A program made the position numbers and the translations under genes. The notes under the pieces were generated by a model, which did no database searches, was not told the DNA's origin, and worked only from the letters and a program-made list of their open reading frames with translations. From positions 1 through 58,712 of the forward strand of contig JAEOSZ010000114.1 of NCBI GenBank assembly GCA_016840095.1: a DNA stretch of 58,712 bases, in the 5' to 3' direction. Source of the stretch: Candidatus Heimdallarchaeota archaeon (GTDB taxonomy: Archaea > Asgardarchaeota > Heimdallarchaeia > Heimdallarchaeales > Heimdallarchaeaceae). Each line of letters opens with the position of its first letter. The first letter of the stretch is position 1. Shown in pieces: positions 25,604-35,988 of this stretch.

Positions 25604-27099
25604 AAGAATTTTGAGAACTTTCTTCCATGTTTTTCTTCTAGTTTCTTACGAGATAAGTCGTACATAAAAATCATCATAATTATACCGATTGTGAAACAAA
25701 AAGATGGTACACCTACAAGAAGTATTTTTATTCCAGTTTTAGCTAAACTAGATTGCATTTCAGCACTAGGATCATAATTTGTTGCTTTTAGAACTATGGT
25801 TATCAAATAGGATTGGAAAACAATTGCAATTCTCATTGCGAAACCATAGAAACCATAGTAGATTCCTTCTCTTCTTTTACCCGTTTCTTTGATATCTTTG
25901 TCAATTACTTGAGATATGAGTACATCCGGTACTAAAAGTAAACCTGATATTGAGAAGCCTACAAAGAACATAGCAACAAGAACAATCCACTGCCAACCTT
26001 CTTTAGCAAAGATTAGAGGAAATAGTGCTATAGAGAAAAGTGTTCCACTAACTATGTAAACAAATTTGGGACCTCTCTTTATAGAAATTTTAGCCCATAC
26101 AATAAATGTCAACAATCCAACACCAAAAGCGATCCCACTGAAATACGTTTCAAATTGAGGTCTCTCTAGTAGTATCCATTTGTTAACATACCTTATAACC
26201 GCCATAAGTGTCAGAAAAGCAATCTGTGACAAACTGAATGTCACCATAAAGGCTATGAAGTTTTTATTCGATAATATAGTTGAAATAGACTTCTTGAAAC
26301 TAAGTTTTTCTGATATTTCAAGTGTCTCTTCATTTTTAGTATTTTCTTTCTCATCTTTTTTGAAATCACGAATACCGTAAATTGATAAAAGAAAACCTAT
26401 CATTGCAACAATAATTAATATCAATATAGGAAGTCGGTAAGAATCAATGTTTCCATATTGAATTAACAATGGAGGAATAACTATAGCTACAACTGAACCT
26501 AGCATGTTCAGTGTTTGTCTTACAGCTGCTGCATGATTTCTTTGTTTTTCAGTTTTGAATTTCTCAGGAAAGAGTGAACTCCAAGAAACAAATACAATAG
26601 TGAAAAGAGTATCGAATATTAGAAGAAAAGATAACATATAAGCAAATATACTATATTGCACTGACTTATTCATAAAAGGAGCAAACATCTTAAATGGCGA
26701 GTAATGTAACCAGACATCATATACAGTATTCTTCCATAAAAGAGGTATATTTCCTTTTGCAACTACAGTTATACTCTGGTTAGTAAGAGTTAATGACTGA
26801 GGAAGATACCAAAGAAGTAAAAAAGAAGCCAATAAAGGAATGAATCCGAAGACTATATACGGGAATCTTCTCCCGATTCTTGTTTTTGTTCTATCAGAAA
26901 TTGATCCGAAGAAAGGATCATTTACAGCATTCCAAATAGCATAAATTGTAATAACAATTGGAATGAAAATTATGTCTAAAAGAACTTCATCTGTATAGAA
27001 ATTATAGATGTTTACGTTTAGGAAATTTATCAAAATCGCATTCGACATCGATAATGAACAATAAGAAAACATACCCAATAATTTCTTTTCTCTTCTCAA
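25600..27099 (-). CDS. MFS glycoside-pentoside-hexuronide (GPH) cation symporter
   Basis: WNAVNDPFFGSISDRTKTRIGRRFPY and TGKRREGIYYG. Confidence 0.9.
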   Translation of the reverse strand: MRREKKLLGMFSYCSLSMSNAILINFLNVNIYNFYTDEVLLDIIFIPIVITIYAIWNAVNDPFFGSISDRTKTRIGRRFPYIVFGFIPLLASFLLLWYLPQSLTLTNQSITVVAKGNIPLLWKNTVYDVWLHYSPFKMFAPFMNKSVQYSIFAYMLSFLLIFDTLFTIVFVSWSSLFPEKFKTEKQRNHAAAVRQTLNMLGSVVAIVIPPLLIQYGNIDSYRLPILILIIVAMIGFLLSIYGIRDFKKDEKENTKNEETLEISEKLSFKKSISTILSNKNFIAFMVTFSLSQIAFLTLMAVIRYVNKWILLERPQFETYFSGIAFGVGLLTFIVWAKISIKRGPKFVYIVSGTLFSIALFPLIFAKEGWQWIVLVAMFFVGFSISGLLLVPDVLISQVIDKDIKETGKRREGIYYGFYGFAMRIAIVFQSYLITIVLKATNYDPSAEMQSSLAKTGIKILLVGVPSFCFTIGIIMMIFMYDLSRKKLEEKHGRKFSKFF

Positions 27100-27145
27100 G
27101 ATAATATTATGGAAATCAATGAATGTTTAAAAGTTTTCGAGTACC

Positions 27146-27604
27146 CTAAACAAGCAATTTTATTACTTCATCAACTGCATCATGAATTTCTAATGAAGGT
27201 TCTTTCAAGAATTCTACTGTTTTTGCTTGTGCACCAATAAACAGAAATTGTTTATTCTGTTTTTCGATCAGGAATTTAATTTCAGGTAAAGGTATTGAAT
27301 GACTAGTTAGTGGTCTTACATAATCTGCTATATCAGAAGTTACTAGTAATGTTCCTGGTTTTGAACCCGAATCTATTGAATCAACAATAACAACTACATC
27401 ATAGATATCTTGACTAACAACATCTACAAGAAAAACAGAAATATCTTCATCTTCTTCTGAAAATACATTTTTAGGGTAAAAGCCAGCTAATTTCTCAGCT
27501 ACTAATAATCCGAAAGCATCATCAGCTCTGTCTCTATTTCCAAAACAAAAAAATACAATTTTAGAAGGTTCTATATTTTGAAAAAAAGAGAGGGTAGGTG
27601 ACAA
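27146..27604 (-). CDS. Hydrogenase maturation endopeptidase (HycI-like)
   Basis: FGNRDRADDAFG, IVDS and TSHSIPL; directly downstream of the large subunit. Confidence 0.88.
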   Translation of the reverse strand: MSPTLSFFQNIEPSKIVFFCFGNRDRADDAFGLLVAEKLAGFYPKNVFSEEDEDISVFLVDVVSQDIYDVVVIVDSIDSGSKPGTLLVTSDIADYVRPLTSHSIPLPEIKFLIEKQNKQFLFIGAQAKTVEFLKEPSLEIHDAVDEVIKLLV

Positions 27605-28891
27605 TTATTGTTTCACCAATTTAACCATATGACACGAGCAAGAGATACAAGGATCATATGCACGTGCAATCATTTCTAGTTGAAGTTCGGTATCTGGATG
27701 ATCTTCTGCAAGAAGTTTATCTGCAGCTACATGAATGAATTCCTCAACATCATCTAGGAATTGTGCGGTTGGTGTAATAATGTCAGCATGTTCAATTTTA
27801 CCATCTTTAATGTTGTATGTGTGATATAATATTCCTCTTGGAGCTTCGACAGCAGCTGTTCCTTTTCCATCAAGTTTGTAATCAGTGACTATTTCTGAAT
27901 CAGGTAAAGCTTTGATTTGTTCAATCAATCTTGGTATTTGTTCAAAACACCATAGGGTTTCTATCAACTGAGCCATATTGTTATAGATGGGGTTAACTTT
28001 CCACTTCTCATTGTAGTATTTGTCGAATTTCTCCTTGGCTTCACCAGTTAGTCTATCTCCTATAAGGTTTAATCTAGCTAAAGCTCCTACTGTAAATGGT
28101 TTGTCTTTGTATAATGATCGTTTGGCATAACTATGTTCAACAACACGTTCATTTGTAAGCTTCTTATAATCTTCAACCGGATATTCTTCACCAGTGGAGA
28201 TAAGAATAGAGGGGCCTTCGAAACCAAACTTTCCATCTGCAGGATTGCAGCACATGAATGTTGTTTCTCTTTCACAATAATCAGGTATAGGTAATGTCCC
28301 CCAAACGTCAATGAAAGCAGATATCTTGTCTTTGTATTCAACAGCTTTTTCTGCAAAATAATCTAGTTCTTCATTGGTTGGGATTCTTCCAAAACCACCA
28401 ATTTGAGCATTTTCTCCGTGGATTTTTCTACCATGTAAGAGTTTCATCAATTCAGTACCATATTTTTTCAACACGACAGCTTCAACAACTGTATCACCAT
28501 GTGTTGGTAGTAAAGCAATAGCTGATGGTTGTTTGAACCAATCTGGGAGGGCTAGATAATATACGTGAAGCACATGGCTTTCTATATACTCTGCATAATG
28601 CCAAAGGTGTCTAAGTAAAGCAGTTTTTTCAGGTACTTTAACCTCTAAAGCTTTCTCAATTGCACTAACTGAAGCATGTCTATGAGAAACAGTACAAATA
28701 GCACAAATTCTTGCAACTAGAGAAATATTTTCATGAATTGTTTTTCCTCTAACTAGAGCTTCAATCATTCTTGGACCTTCAAAGATATCTACTAGGACTT
28801 TGTCTACTTTACCATCCTTAGTATATACTTGAATTCCCCCATCACCTTCAACTCTAGCCAATACATCAACACTGATTGTTTTTTCACTCAT
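27605..28891 (-). CDS. hydA: Group 3b NiFe-hydrogenase (sulfhydrogenase) large/alpha subunit
   Basis: ARVEG; L1 RICAICTVSH; EAPRG; L2 DPCISCSCH with a short cleavable tail. Confidence 0.93.
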   Translation of the reverse strand: MSEKTISVDVLARVEGDGGIQVYTKDGKVDKVLVDIFEGPRMIEALVRGKTIHENISLVARICAICTVSHRHASVSAIEKALEVKVPEKTALLRHLWHYAEYIESHVLHVYYLALPDWFKQPSAIALLPTHGDTVVEAVVLKKYGTELMKLLHGRKIHGENAQIGGFGRIPTNEELDYFAEKAVEYKDKISAFIDVWGTLPIPDYCERETTFMCCNPADGKFGFEGPSILISTGEEYPVEDYKKLTNERVVEHSYAKRSLYKDKPFTVGALARLNLIGDRLTGEAKEKFDKYYNEKWKVNPIYNNMAQLIETLWCFEQIPRLIEQIKALPDSEIVTDYKLDGKGTAAVEAPRGILYHTYNIKDGKIEHADIITPTAQFLDDVEEFIHVAADKLLAEDHPDTELQLEMIARAYDPCISCSCHMVKLVKQ

Positions 28892-28892
28892 T

Positions 28893-29684
28893 TTAATCAC
28901 TCCTTAAGGCAAGCTCTACAGCTTCCCCACCAAACATTCTAAGTTTCCGTTTAGCATCTTCTTCAGTCAAACCAATTTCAACCAATTTAGCAATCATTGA
29001 TGGATAATTAGCTCCTTCATATGTGCCAAAACATCCAACACATGAAACGCCAAAAGTTGGACAGCAAGCATCACAACCTCCAGCTGTAACTGGTCCTAGA
29101 CAGTATTTGCCATGTAACAAGAAACAATCGTTTCCTTGAAACTTACATTCTACGCAAACTGGGTAAGGATATTTTGTAGGTTTTAGACCACTGATTAATT
29201 TAGTATAGATTGGAATGAAATTTTCTTTAGCAACTGGACATCCAGGAATTGAATAATCTACTTCTATGAATTTATGAATTGGTTCAGCAGGTTGAGCATT
29301 CCCTACTAATTCACTGAATTGAGGAACCTTACCATCTTTACCATAAACATGTGCTATTCTTTCTTCGAATTCTTTCTGGTTATCGCCTAGATACTGAATA
29401 CCACCATGGGTAGCGCAAGTACCGAGGGCAACTACGATGTCAGCTTTTTCTCTGATTTCTTTTAGCTCAGCTAGTTGTTTATCAGTATTAATACTACCTT
29501 CAATTACAGCTACATCAACATGATCTACTTCTTGATGAGATTGAGCCATGTGGAAGAATTTTATATCTGCACTTGTAAAGAAATCTACTAGTTCATCTTC
29601 CATATGAATGACAGCTAATTGATCTCCAGCGCATCCTGAAAATCCAAAAATACCAACAACCGGTTTTCTTTCTCTCTGCCACAT
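28893..29684 (-). CDS. hydD: Group 3b hydrogenase small/delta subunit
   Basis: GCAGD, GTCATHGG, PGCP, VCVEC, CLGPVT.GGC...CP...C.GC. Confidence 0.92.
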   Translation of the reverse strand: MWQRERKPVVGIFGFSGCAGDQLAVIHMEDELVDFFTSADIKFFHMAQSHQEVDHVDVAVIEGSINTDKQLAELKEIREKADIVVALGTCATHGGIQYLGDNQKEFEERIAHVYGKDGKVPQFSELVGNAQPAEPIHKFIEVDYSIPGCPVAKENFIPIYTKLISGLKPTKYPYPVCVECKFQGNDCFLLHGKYCLGPVTAGGCDACCPTFGVSCVGCFGTYEGANYPSMIAKLVEIGLTEEDAKRKLRMFGGEAVELALRSD

Positions 29685-29685
29685 A

Positions 29686-30543
29686 TTAGATCAACTCCTT
29701 AATATGTTGAACGTCATAGTAAGTGAATACTGGACCTTCTAAACAGGTATATCTTCCACCAATTGCACAATGTCCACAGTGTCCTTGACCACATTTCATT
29801 CTGCGTTCAAGTGTCATTAAAATCTGATCTTTTGGGATATCAAGTTTGAGTAATTCTTTAATCACATTTTTATACATTACTGGGGGTCCGCAAATTATAG
29901 CAGTTGTTTTTTCTTTAACTACTCTATTAGTTATTTTTGGAAATAATGCTGTAACAAATCCTTCATTGTATGGCCACTCACCAGTATCATCTTTATCAAC
30001 TGATAAATGAGTTTCAACAATATCTCTTTGAGCCATTGCTATGAAATCTGCCTTGTAGAGCATATCAGCTGGACTTCTTGCACCATTCAAGAAGAATACT
30101 TGATCATATTCTTCTCTTCTGTCTTCGACGTAAAGCAGTACTGATCTTAAAGGAACAGCTCCTAAACCACCTGAAACAATTATCAGATCTCTTCCTTTCA
30201 GGCTTTCCATGTCAAAACCATCACCATAAGGACCTCGAAGATATACTGTATCTCCAACTTTGAGATTGAATAGCGCTTCTGTAAATGAACCCACTTTTCT
30301 TATACCAAATTCTATGAAATCAGTTCTTGTCGGTGGAGATGATATAGAAAACACTGCTTCGCCTACACCTGGAAGTGACATAATTGCAAATTGACCAGGC
30401 TTATAATTTTCTTCAACAATACTCTCATCTAGGAATTTAATCTTGAAATATCTTGTATCTGAGGTCAGATCTTTCATAGCAACTATTCTTGCAGGATGAG
30501 CTTTGTATGTATGTTCTCCTTCTTCTTTTGTTGTTATTGTCAT
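29686..30543 (-). CDS. hydG: Group 3b hydrogenase gamma subunit (FAD/NAD(P), 2Fe-2S)
   Basis: PGQF, RGPYG, GGLG, CGPP, ERRMKCGQGHCGHC..CLEGPV. Confidence 0.92.
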   Translation of the reverse strand: MTITTKEEGEHTYKAHPARIVAMKDLTSDTRYFKIKFLDESIVEENYKPGQFAIMSLPGVGEAVFSISSPPTRTDFIEFGIRKVGSFTEALFNLKVGDTVYLRGPYGDGFDMESLKGRDLIIVSGGLGAVPLRSVLLYVEDRREEYDQVFFLNGARSPADMLYKADFIAMAQRDIVETHLSVDKDDTGEWPYNEGFVTALFPKITNRVVKEKTTAIICGPPVMYKNVIKELLKLDIPKDQILMTLERRMKCGQGHCGHCAIGGRYTCLEGPVFTYYDVQHIKELI

Positions 30544-31586
30544 AAATCACATGCCTCCGGTAGTTCACAAACTTCTCCAAATAATGCTTCAGAGACAGTT
30601 ATTACATTAATATCTACAGGGCAGAAAGTAACACATCTTCCACAACCAACGCAGCCTGGAGTTCCCCATCGACCAATATATTCTTTCAATTTATGAGTAT
30701 AATAGAGCTTCAAACGTGATGTTCTATCTGGTCTGAAATTATGATCACCTGCAACCATTGAATAATAAGGTAGTGTACAGCTGTCTAGAACTCTTTCTCT
30801 AACTCCACCTTCTGCATTCATATCAATTCTATCTTCTACATTGAAACAATTACAAGTAGGACACACTAAACTGCATGTTCCACAAGAGAGACATTTGTCT
30901 CCGAATTGTTCCCAAACCTTGCTATCATAATTCAGATGAATTATATCTGCTAGATACTTGAAGGAAGGTATTTCACTCTTGAACATGCTTGATCTTTTCT
31001 GTTGCCATCTAACATATTCTTGAATTTCTTCATCTGATATTTCTTCAGTAAGAATATCTTCAGCTTCAATAGCTATGCTAAGCCCTTTATCTGACCCTAC
31101 CCAAACTAAATAGTATCCGTTTAGTTCTGTAAAGAACAGATCAAATCCATCTTCTACCATATCTGTGCCTGTAGATTGGCATACACAGTTATCATCTGGG
31201 AAGCAAGAATGACCTATAATTATGAGATTGTTTCTTCGTTTTTCATAGTAAGGATCTTTGATGTTTCCTAAAAACAATCTGTCAAGGATGTTAATCCCAT
31301 GAATATCACAGGGATGTACTCCCATGATGATTTGAGGTTCATCACTGACAAAAACATCTGCTTGTCCTGACTTTATGAAACGAAGAGTTGGATATCTGGA
31401 TGGTGTAAGGAATTTTTTAGGACTAACTACTGTTCTTTGATAATCGAAATCTAGTTCTTCATAACTACTGATTTCTTCAAAGGAGTATTTGCCATTTCCT
31501 TTTACTGGTCCATAGAGTTGACCCTTGGTCTTCACTAACTCAATGAACGCTGGAAACTTTTCCTTAGACATCTTATACGTTTTCAT
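30540..31586 (-). CDS. hydB: Group 3b hydrogenase beta subunit (4Fe-4S)
   Basis: HPCD, CLSCGTCSLVCPTCNCF and CVGCGRCVTFCP. Confidence 0.92.
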   Translation of the reverse strand: MKTYKMSKEKFPAFIELVKTKGQLYGPVKGNGKYSFEEISSYEELDFDYQRTVVSPKKFLTPSRYPTLRFIKSGQADVFVSDEPQIIMGVHPCDIHGINILDRLFLGNIKDPYYEKRRNNLIIIGHSCFPDDNCVCQSTGTDMVEDGFDLFFTELNGYYLVWVGSDKGLSIAIEAEDILTEEISDEEIQEYVRWQQKRSSMFKSEIPSFKYLADIIHLNYDSKVWEQFGDKCLSCGTCSLVCPTCNCFNVEDRIDMNAEGGVRERVLDSCTLPYYSMVAGDHNFRPDRTSRLKLYYTHKLKEYIGRWGTPGCVGCGRCVTFCPVDINVITVSEALFGEVCELPEACDL

Positions 31587-31896
31587 GTCATGAGAATTTT
31601 TGTGATATACTTATAAGGTAAACTATAGGGATATACAAATAGAATCTAAAATTTAAAAATAGTAAAACCACTTTTCAACGCGAGAAACTTAAGAACTTAT
31701 AACTTCTGATTTATGGAAAAAACCTATAAAACTGTGCGTTTTTTAAACACATTTAAAGGCGCTTGAAATTACTTCTAAAAAACTTAAAATATGTATTAGC
31801 GATATGTATGATTCCATGTAAAATAGCTTATAATACCTTTTAACAGCCTATTATTTATACTAACTTTTTATTTAATTATTCAAACGCATTATTTGT

Positions 31897-32079
31897 AAGA
31901 AAGGTTTATAACACATTGTATAAAAGATTCATTAATAAAACAGCGACAGAATGTTTGAAAGAACATCATATAAACCACTTTATAACACAAATCACCGTTG
32001 TGTTGTAAGCCCTTGATTTCTTAGTTTCCTTTGTTACTTCATTACTCTACTACATCTATTACCTCCCAAAGGTGAATGA
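31897..32079 (+). promoter_or_regulatory. mvh operon promoter (BRE-TATA) and long structured 5' leader
   Basis: AAGAAAGG-TTTATAA at about 31897-31911; TTTATAACACA repeated at 31905 and 31979; hairpin TTATAACACAA-ATCACCG-TTGTGTTGTAA at 31980-32008; GGTGA ribosome site. Confidence 0.5.
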
Positions 32080-33093
32080 ATGAATATAGAAGAAATTGAA
32101 GCTGAAAGCAGTACTAATAGTGGTAACAAGTTACAATTGGCATTTTATTGGGCAGCTAGTTGTGGCGGTTGTGAAATTGCAGTACTGGATATAAATGAAA
32201 AAATATTAGATGTTGTTGCTCTGGCGGATATTCTCTTTTGGCCAGTAGCTATGGACTTTAAGTACAAAGATGTTGAAGCAATGGAAGATAATTTAATTGA
32301 TGTCTGTTTCTTTAATGGCTCAATTAGAACTTCTGAGCAAAAACATCTTGCTGAACTACTTAGAAAAAAATCGAAAATCATGGTAGCTTTTGGATCTTGT
32401 GCTACAACTGGTGGTATACCTGGTTTAGCAAACTTAGCAAACAGAGAAGAAATTTTCAATGTTTCTTACATAGATAATCCTTCTACAGCAAATCCTAAAA
32501 GAACTTTACCAAAAACAGAAGTTGAAGTTGAAGAAGGAACTCTAATTCTTCCTGAATTTTATGATGAAGTAAGAAGTCTCAATCAAGTTATAGATGTAGA
32601 TTATTACTTACCTGGTTGTCCCCCTCATCCAGATTTAATTATGACTGCAGTTGGTGCAATTGCAGAAGGTAATCTTCCTGGTAAGGGATCTGTTATTGGA
32701 CCTCTCAAATCAGTTTGTGATGAGTGTAGATTTGAAAAATCTGAAAAGAAAATAAAATCAATCAAGAGAATCTATGAGCTAGAAACAATAGAGGAAAAAT
32801 GTCTTCTTGAACAAGGAGTTATTTGCTTAGGACCAGCAACTCGAGGTAGTTGTCAAGCACAGTGCTTAGATGCTAATATGCCTTGTACTGGCTGCGGAGG
32901 ACCTGCTCCTAATTCCATCGATCAAGGAGCAAGTATGATGTCTGCACTTGCATCAATTTTAGGTCTTGAAGGAGAAGAGGAAATGCCAGATGAGGAAGTT
33001 GAGAAGCTCATTGAACAAATAGTTGATCCAGTTGGAACTTTTTACAAGTATGGTTTGCCAACTGCAATTATTAATAGGAGGAAAGAACAATGA
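32080..33093 (+). CDS. mvhG: Group 3c NiFe-hydrogenase small subunit
   Basis: WAASCGGCE, GSCATTGG, PGCPP, VCDEC, CLLEQGVICLGPATRGSC. Confidence 0.93.
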   Translation: MNIEEIEAESSTNSGNKLQLAFYWAASCGGCEIAVLDINEKILDVVALADILFWPVAMDFKYKDVEAMEDNLIDVCFFNGSIRTSEQKHLAELLRKKSKIMVAFGSCATTGGIPGLANLANREEIFNVSYIDNPSTANPKRTLPKTEVEVEEGTLILPEFYDEVRSLNQVIDVDYYLPGCPPHPDLIMTAVGAIAEGNLPGKGSVIGPLKSVCDECRFEKSEKKIKSIKRIYELETIEEKCLLEQGVICLGPATRGSCQAQCLDANMPCTGCGGPAPNSIDQGASMMSALASILGLEGEEEMPDEEVEKLIEQIVDPVGTFYKYGLPTAIINRRKEQ

Positions 33094-34556
33094 CAACAAT
33101 TACAATAGATCCAATTACTAGATTGGAAGGTCATGGAAAAATCGTTATTTTTCTAGATGAAAAAGGAGATGTAAAAAATGTCTATCTTCAAATTCCAGAA
33201 TTGAGAGGTTTTGAAAGATTTGCTCAAGGAAGAAGAGCAGAAGATATGCCTCAGATCACTTCAAGGATATGCGGTGTATGCCCAGTAGCTCATCATTTTG
33301 CAGCGACTAAGGCATTGGATAGGGCTTTCAATGTTGACCCTCCAATAGTAGCAAAAAAACTCAGAGAATTGATGTATAGCGGTTACTATATTTATGATCA
33401 CATCTTGCACTTTTACTATCTTGGAGGACCTGATTTTGTTGTTGGTCCTGATGCTCCAGCAGCTAAGAGAAATGTTCTTGGTGTTATAGAAAAAGCAGGA
33501 ATTGAGATCGGTAAAGAAGTTATAAAGCATAGGGCTTATGGTCAAAAAATAACTGCTATTTTGGGTGGAAAAGCTACACATCCCGTATGTGGTCTTCCTG
33601 GAGGAGTCTCTAAACCACTTTCAGCTGACGAAGTTGGTGAAATAAAAACAATGGTTCAATCTTGTGTTAACTTTGCACAATTCTCATTAAAGCTGTTTGA
33701 TGATATTGTCCTTCAAAATGAGGATTATGTCAATCTAATTCTTAGTGATCCTTACACTTTGAAGACCTACAATATGGGCTTAGTAGATGAAAACAATAAA
33801 GTAAACTTCTATGACGGTCTAATTAGAATTACTGATACCCAAGGAAAAGAGTTTCTGAAGTTTGATGTTAATGATTACTTCAAACATATCGACGAACATG
33901 TAGAGGAGTGGAGTTATATCAAATTCCCATATCTCAAAAAGATTGGTTGGAAAGGGTTTACTGCAGGTCAAGAGAGTGGAGTTTATCGAGTCGGTCCCCT
34001 TGGAAGACTCAATGCTGCTGATGGAATGGCAACTCCTTTAGCCGATGCAGAATACAAACGGATGTATGAAACCTTAGGTGGAATACCTGTTAATTCAACT
34101 TTAGCTTTTCACTGGGCAAGACTAATTGAATTGCTTTACGCTACTGAAAGAGCTCAGGAACTAATTAATGAGCCAGATATTACTTCAAAAGAAATAAGGA
34201 ATCCGGTAGGAGAACCAGGTGAGGGGATAGGAGTAACTGAAGCAGCTCGTGGAACACTCATCCATCATTATAAACTGGATGAGAAAGGATTGATAGAGAA
34301 AGCAAATCTCATAGTAGCAACAACAAATAATTCTGCTGCAATTAGTATGTCTATCAGAGAAGCAGCTAAGGGACTTATAAAAAAGGGTGAAGTAAATGAT
34401 GGTCTTTTGAATATGGTTGAGATGGCATTTCGAGCATATGATCCCTGTTTTGCATGTGCGACTCACTCACTACCTGGTAAGATGCCTTTGGAAGTTCAGA
34501 TCTATTCTCATGATGAGAAATTGATCAAGTCTATTAAGAGAGGTGATTCAAAATGA
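33090..34556 (+). CDS. mvhA: Group 3c NiFe-hydrogenase large subunit
   Basis: TRLEGHG; L1 RICGVCPVAH; L2 DPCFACATH with a C-terminal extension. Confidence 0.95.
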   Translation: MTTITIDPITRLEGHGKIVIFLDEKGDVKNVYLQIPELRGFERFAQGRRAEDMPQITSRICGVCPVAHHFAATKALDRAFNVDPPIVAKKLRELMYSGYYIYDHILHFYYLGGPDFVVGPDAPAAKRNVLGVIEKAGIEIGKEVIKHRAYGQKITAILGGKATHPVCGLPGGVSKPLSADEVGEIKTMVQSCVNFAQFSLKLFDDIVLQNEDYVNLILSDPYTLKTYNMGLVDENNKVNFYDGLIRITDTQGKEFLKFDVNDYFKHIDEHVEEWSYIKFPYLKKIGWKGFTAGQESGVYRVGPLGRLNAADGMATPLADAEYKRMYETLGGIPVNSTLAFHWARLIELLYATERAQELINEPDITSKEIRNPVGEPGEGIGVTEAARGTLIHHYKLDEKGLIEKANLIVATTNNSAAISMSIREAAKGLIKKGEVNDGLLNMVEMAFRAYDPCFACATHSLPGKMPLEVQIYSHDEKLIKSIKRGDSK

Positions 34557-35005
34557 CTATTACGGAAACTAAAACGGAACAACAAGAATTTGAACCAAAT
34601 ATCATTGGCTTTTTATGTAATTGGTGTTCCTATGCAGGTGCTGATCTTGCAGGAACTAGCAGAATCCAATACCCCCCGAATATCAAGATTATCAAAGTTA
34701 TGTGTTCTGGTAGAGTAAATCCAATGTATGTAGTTAATGCACTTCAACAAGGAGCTGATGGAGTTCTAATTGGAGGATGTCATCCTGGTGATTGTCACTA
34801 TCAGCATGGAAATCTGCTGGCTAGACGTCGAATAGCGATTTTAAAGAACCTCTTAGAATTCATAGGTATTGACTCAAGAAGAGTTAGAATGACATGGGTA
34901 AGTGCAGCAGAAGGAAGAAAATTTGCTGAGGTAGTTAAAGAAGTAACTGAAGAGATCAAGAAACTTGGTCCCATGGAAAAAATTCAAAGGGGAAATAAAT
35001 GGTAG
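34553..35005 (+). CDS. mvhD: MvhD/FlxD 2Fe-2S adaptor subunit (copy 1)
   Basis: FLCNWCSYAGAD, MCSGRV, GCHPGDCHY. Confidence 0.93.
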   Translation: MTITETKTEQQEFEPNIIGFLCNWCSYAGADLAGTSRIQYPPNIKIIKVMCSGRVNPMYVVNALQQGADGVLIGGCHPGDCHYQHGNLLARRRIAILKNLLEFIGIDSRRVRMTWVSAAEGRKFAEVVKEVTEEIKKLGPMEKIQRGNKW

Positions 35006-35982
35006 ACCAGCAGTTACTTATAGAAGAAGCAAAGAAAGTTGTTTCTCGTGATGATGTAAAATACGTTATTGGTTACAAGAAAGGAACTTACGGTTTTGCT
35101 ATAAGTCCAGCATTTGCTTATTCAGAAGAATATGTGGACAAATTCATCTTCAATCCTTTATGTAAAAAGAATTTAACAGCTTATCCAATTTTAGAAGATA
35201 AGCTTCCCCTACAGAGAGGAGAAGAAGAAGATAAAAGAAAAATAGGTATTGTAGCTAAAGGTTGTGATACTCGAGCATTAGTTCAAATAATTCAAGAAAA
35301 AGGTCTCAAGAGGGAAGATGTGGTAATAATAGGTATTCCTTGTACTGGTGTTATTGACCAAAAGAAGATAATCTCTCGTTTTCCAAATGAACCTTCTTAT
35401 TCTGAATTAAAGGAAGAAAATGGAATTTACAAAATTACTATCAATGGAACAGTCCATGACATTGAGAAAAAAGAATTATTGGCTGATTATTGTACAAGTT
35501 GTGTTGCTCCAAATCCAGTTCTCTATGATGTTCTTATTGGTCAAGAAGTTGAACCATGGGAACAACAAGAGCACAAGAATCTAGACATATTAGAAAAGAA
35601 AAATGTAGAAGATAGATGGAAATACTGGGAGAAGCATTTTCAAAACTGTATTCGATGTTATGCCTGCAGAGAAGCCTGTCCATTATGCTATTGTAAGGAA
35701 TGTATGGCAGATCTCCTTAAACCACAGTGGATTAGAAGATCTGTAAATACATCTGAAAATACGGCTTGGAATATTATGAGAGCATATCATCTCGTGGGAC
35801 GATGTGTAGGATGTGGAGAATGTGAGACAGTTTGTCCAGCAAATATTCCACTTATGGAATTGAACAAAGAAATCGAGAAAGATGTGAAAAACATGTACAA
35901 TTATACAGCTGGAATGGATTCAGAGGAAAAACCACTCTTTGGTACTTTCCGTCCTGATGATCCAGAGGAGTTTATAATGTGA
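34999..35982 (+). CDS. FlxC-like 4Fe-4S protein
   Basis: KGCD, CIRCYACREACPLCYC and GRCVGCGECETVCP; lies between mvhD and the AsrA-like gene as in flxDCBA. Confidence 0.8.
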   Translation: MVDQQLLIEEAKKVVSRDDVKYVIGYKKGTYGFAISPAFAYSEEYVDKFIFNPLCKKNLTAYPILEDKLPLQRGEEEDKRKIGIVAKGCDTRALVQIIQEKGLKREDVVIIGIPCTGVIDQKKIISRFPNEPSYSELKEENGIYKITINGTVHDIEKKELLADYCTSCVAPNPVLYDVLIGQEVEPWEQQEHKNLDILEKKNVEDRWKYWEKHFQNCIRCYACREACPLCYCKECMADLLKPQWIRRSVNTSENTAWNIMRAYHLVGRCVGCGECETVCPANIPLMELNKEIEKDVKNMYNYTAGMDSEEKPLFGTFRPDDPEEFIM

Positions 35983-35988
35983 GGTGTT

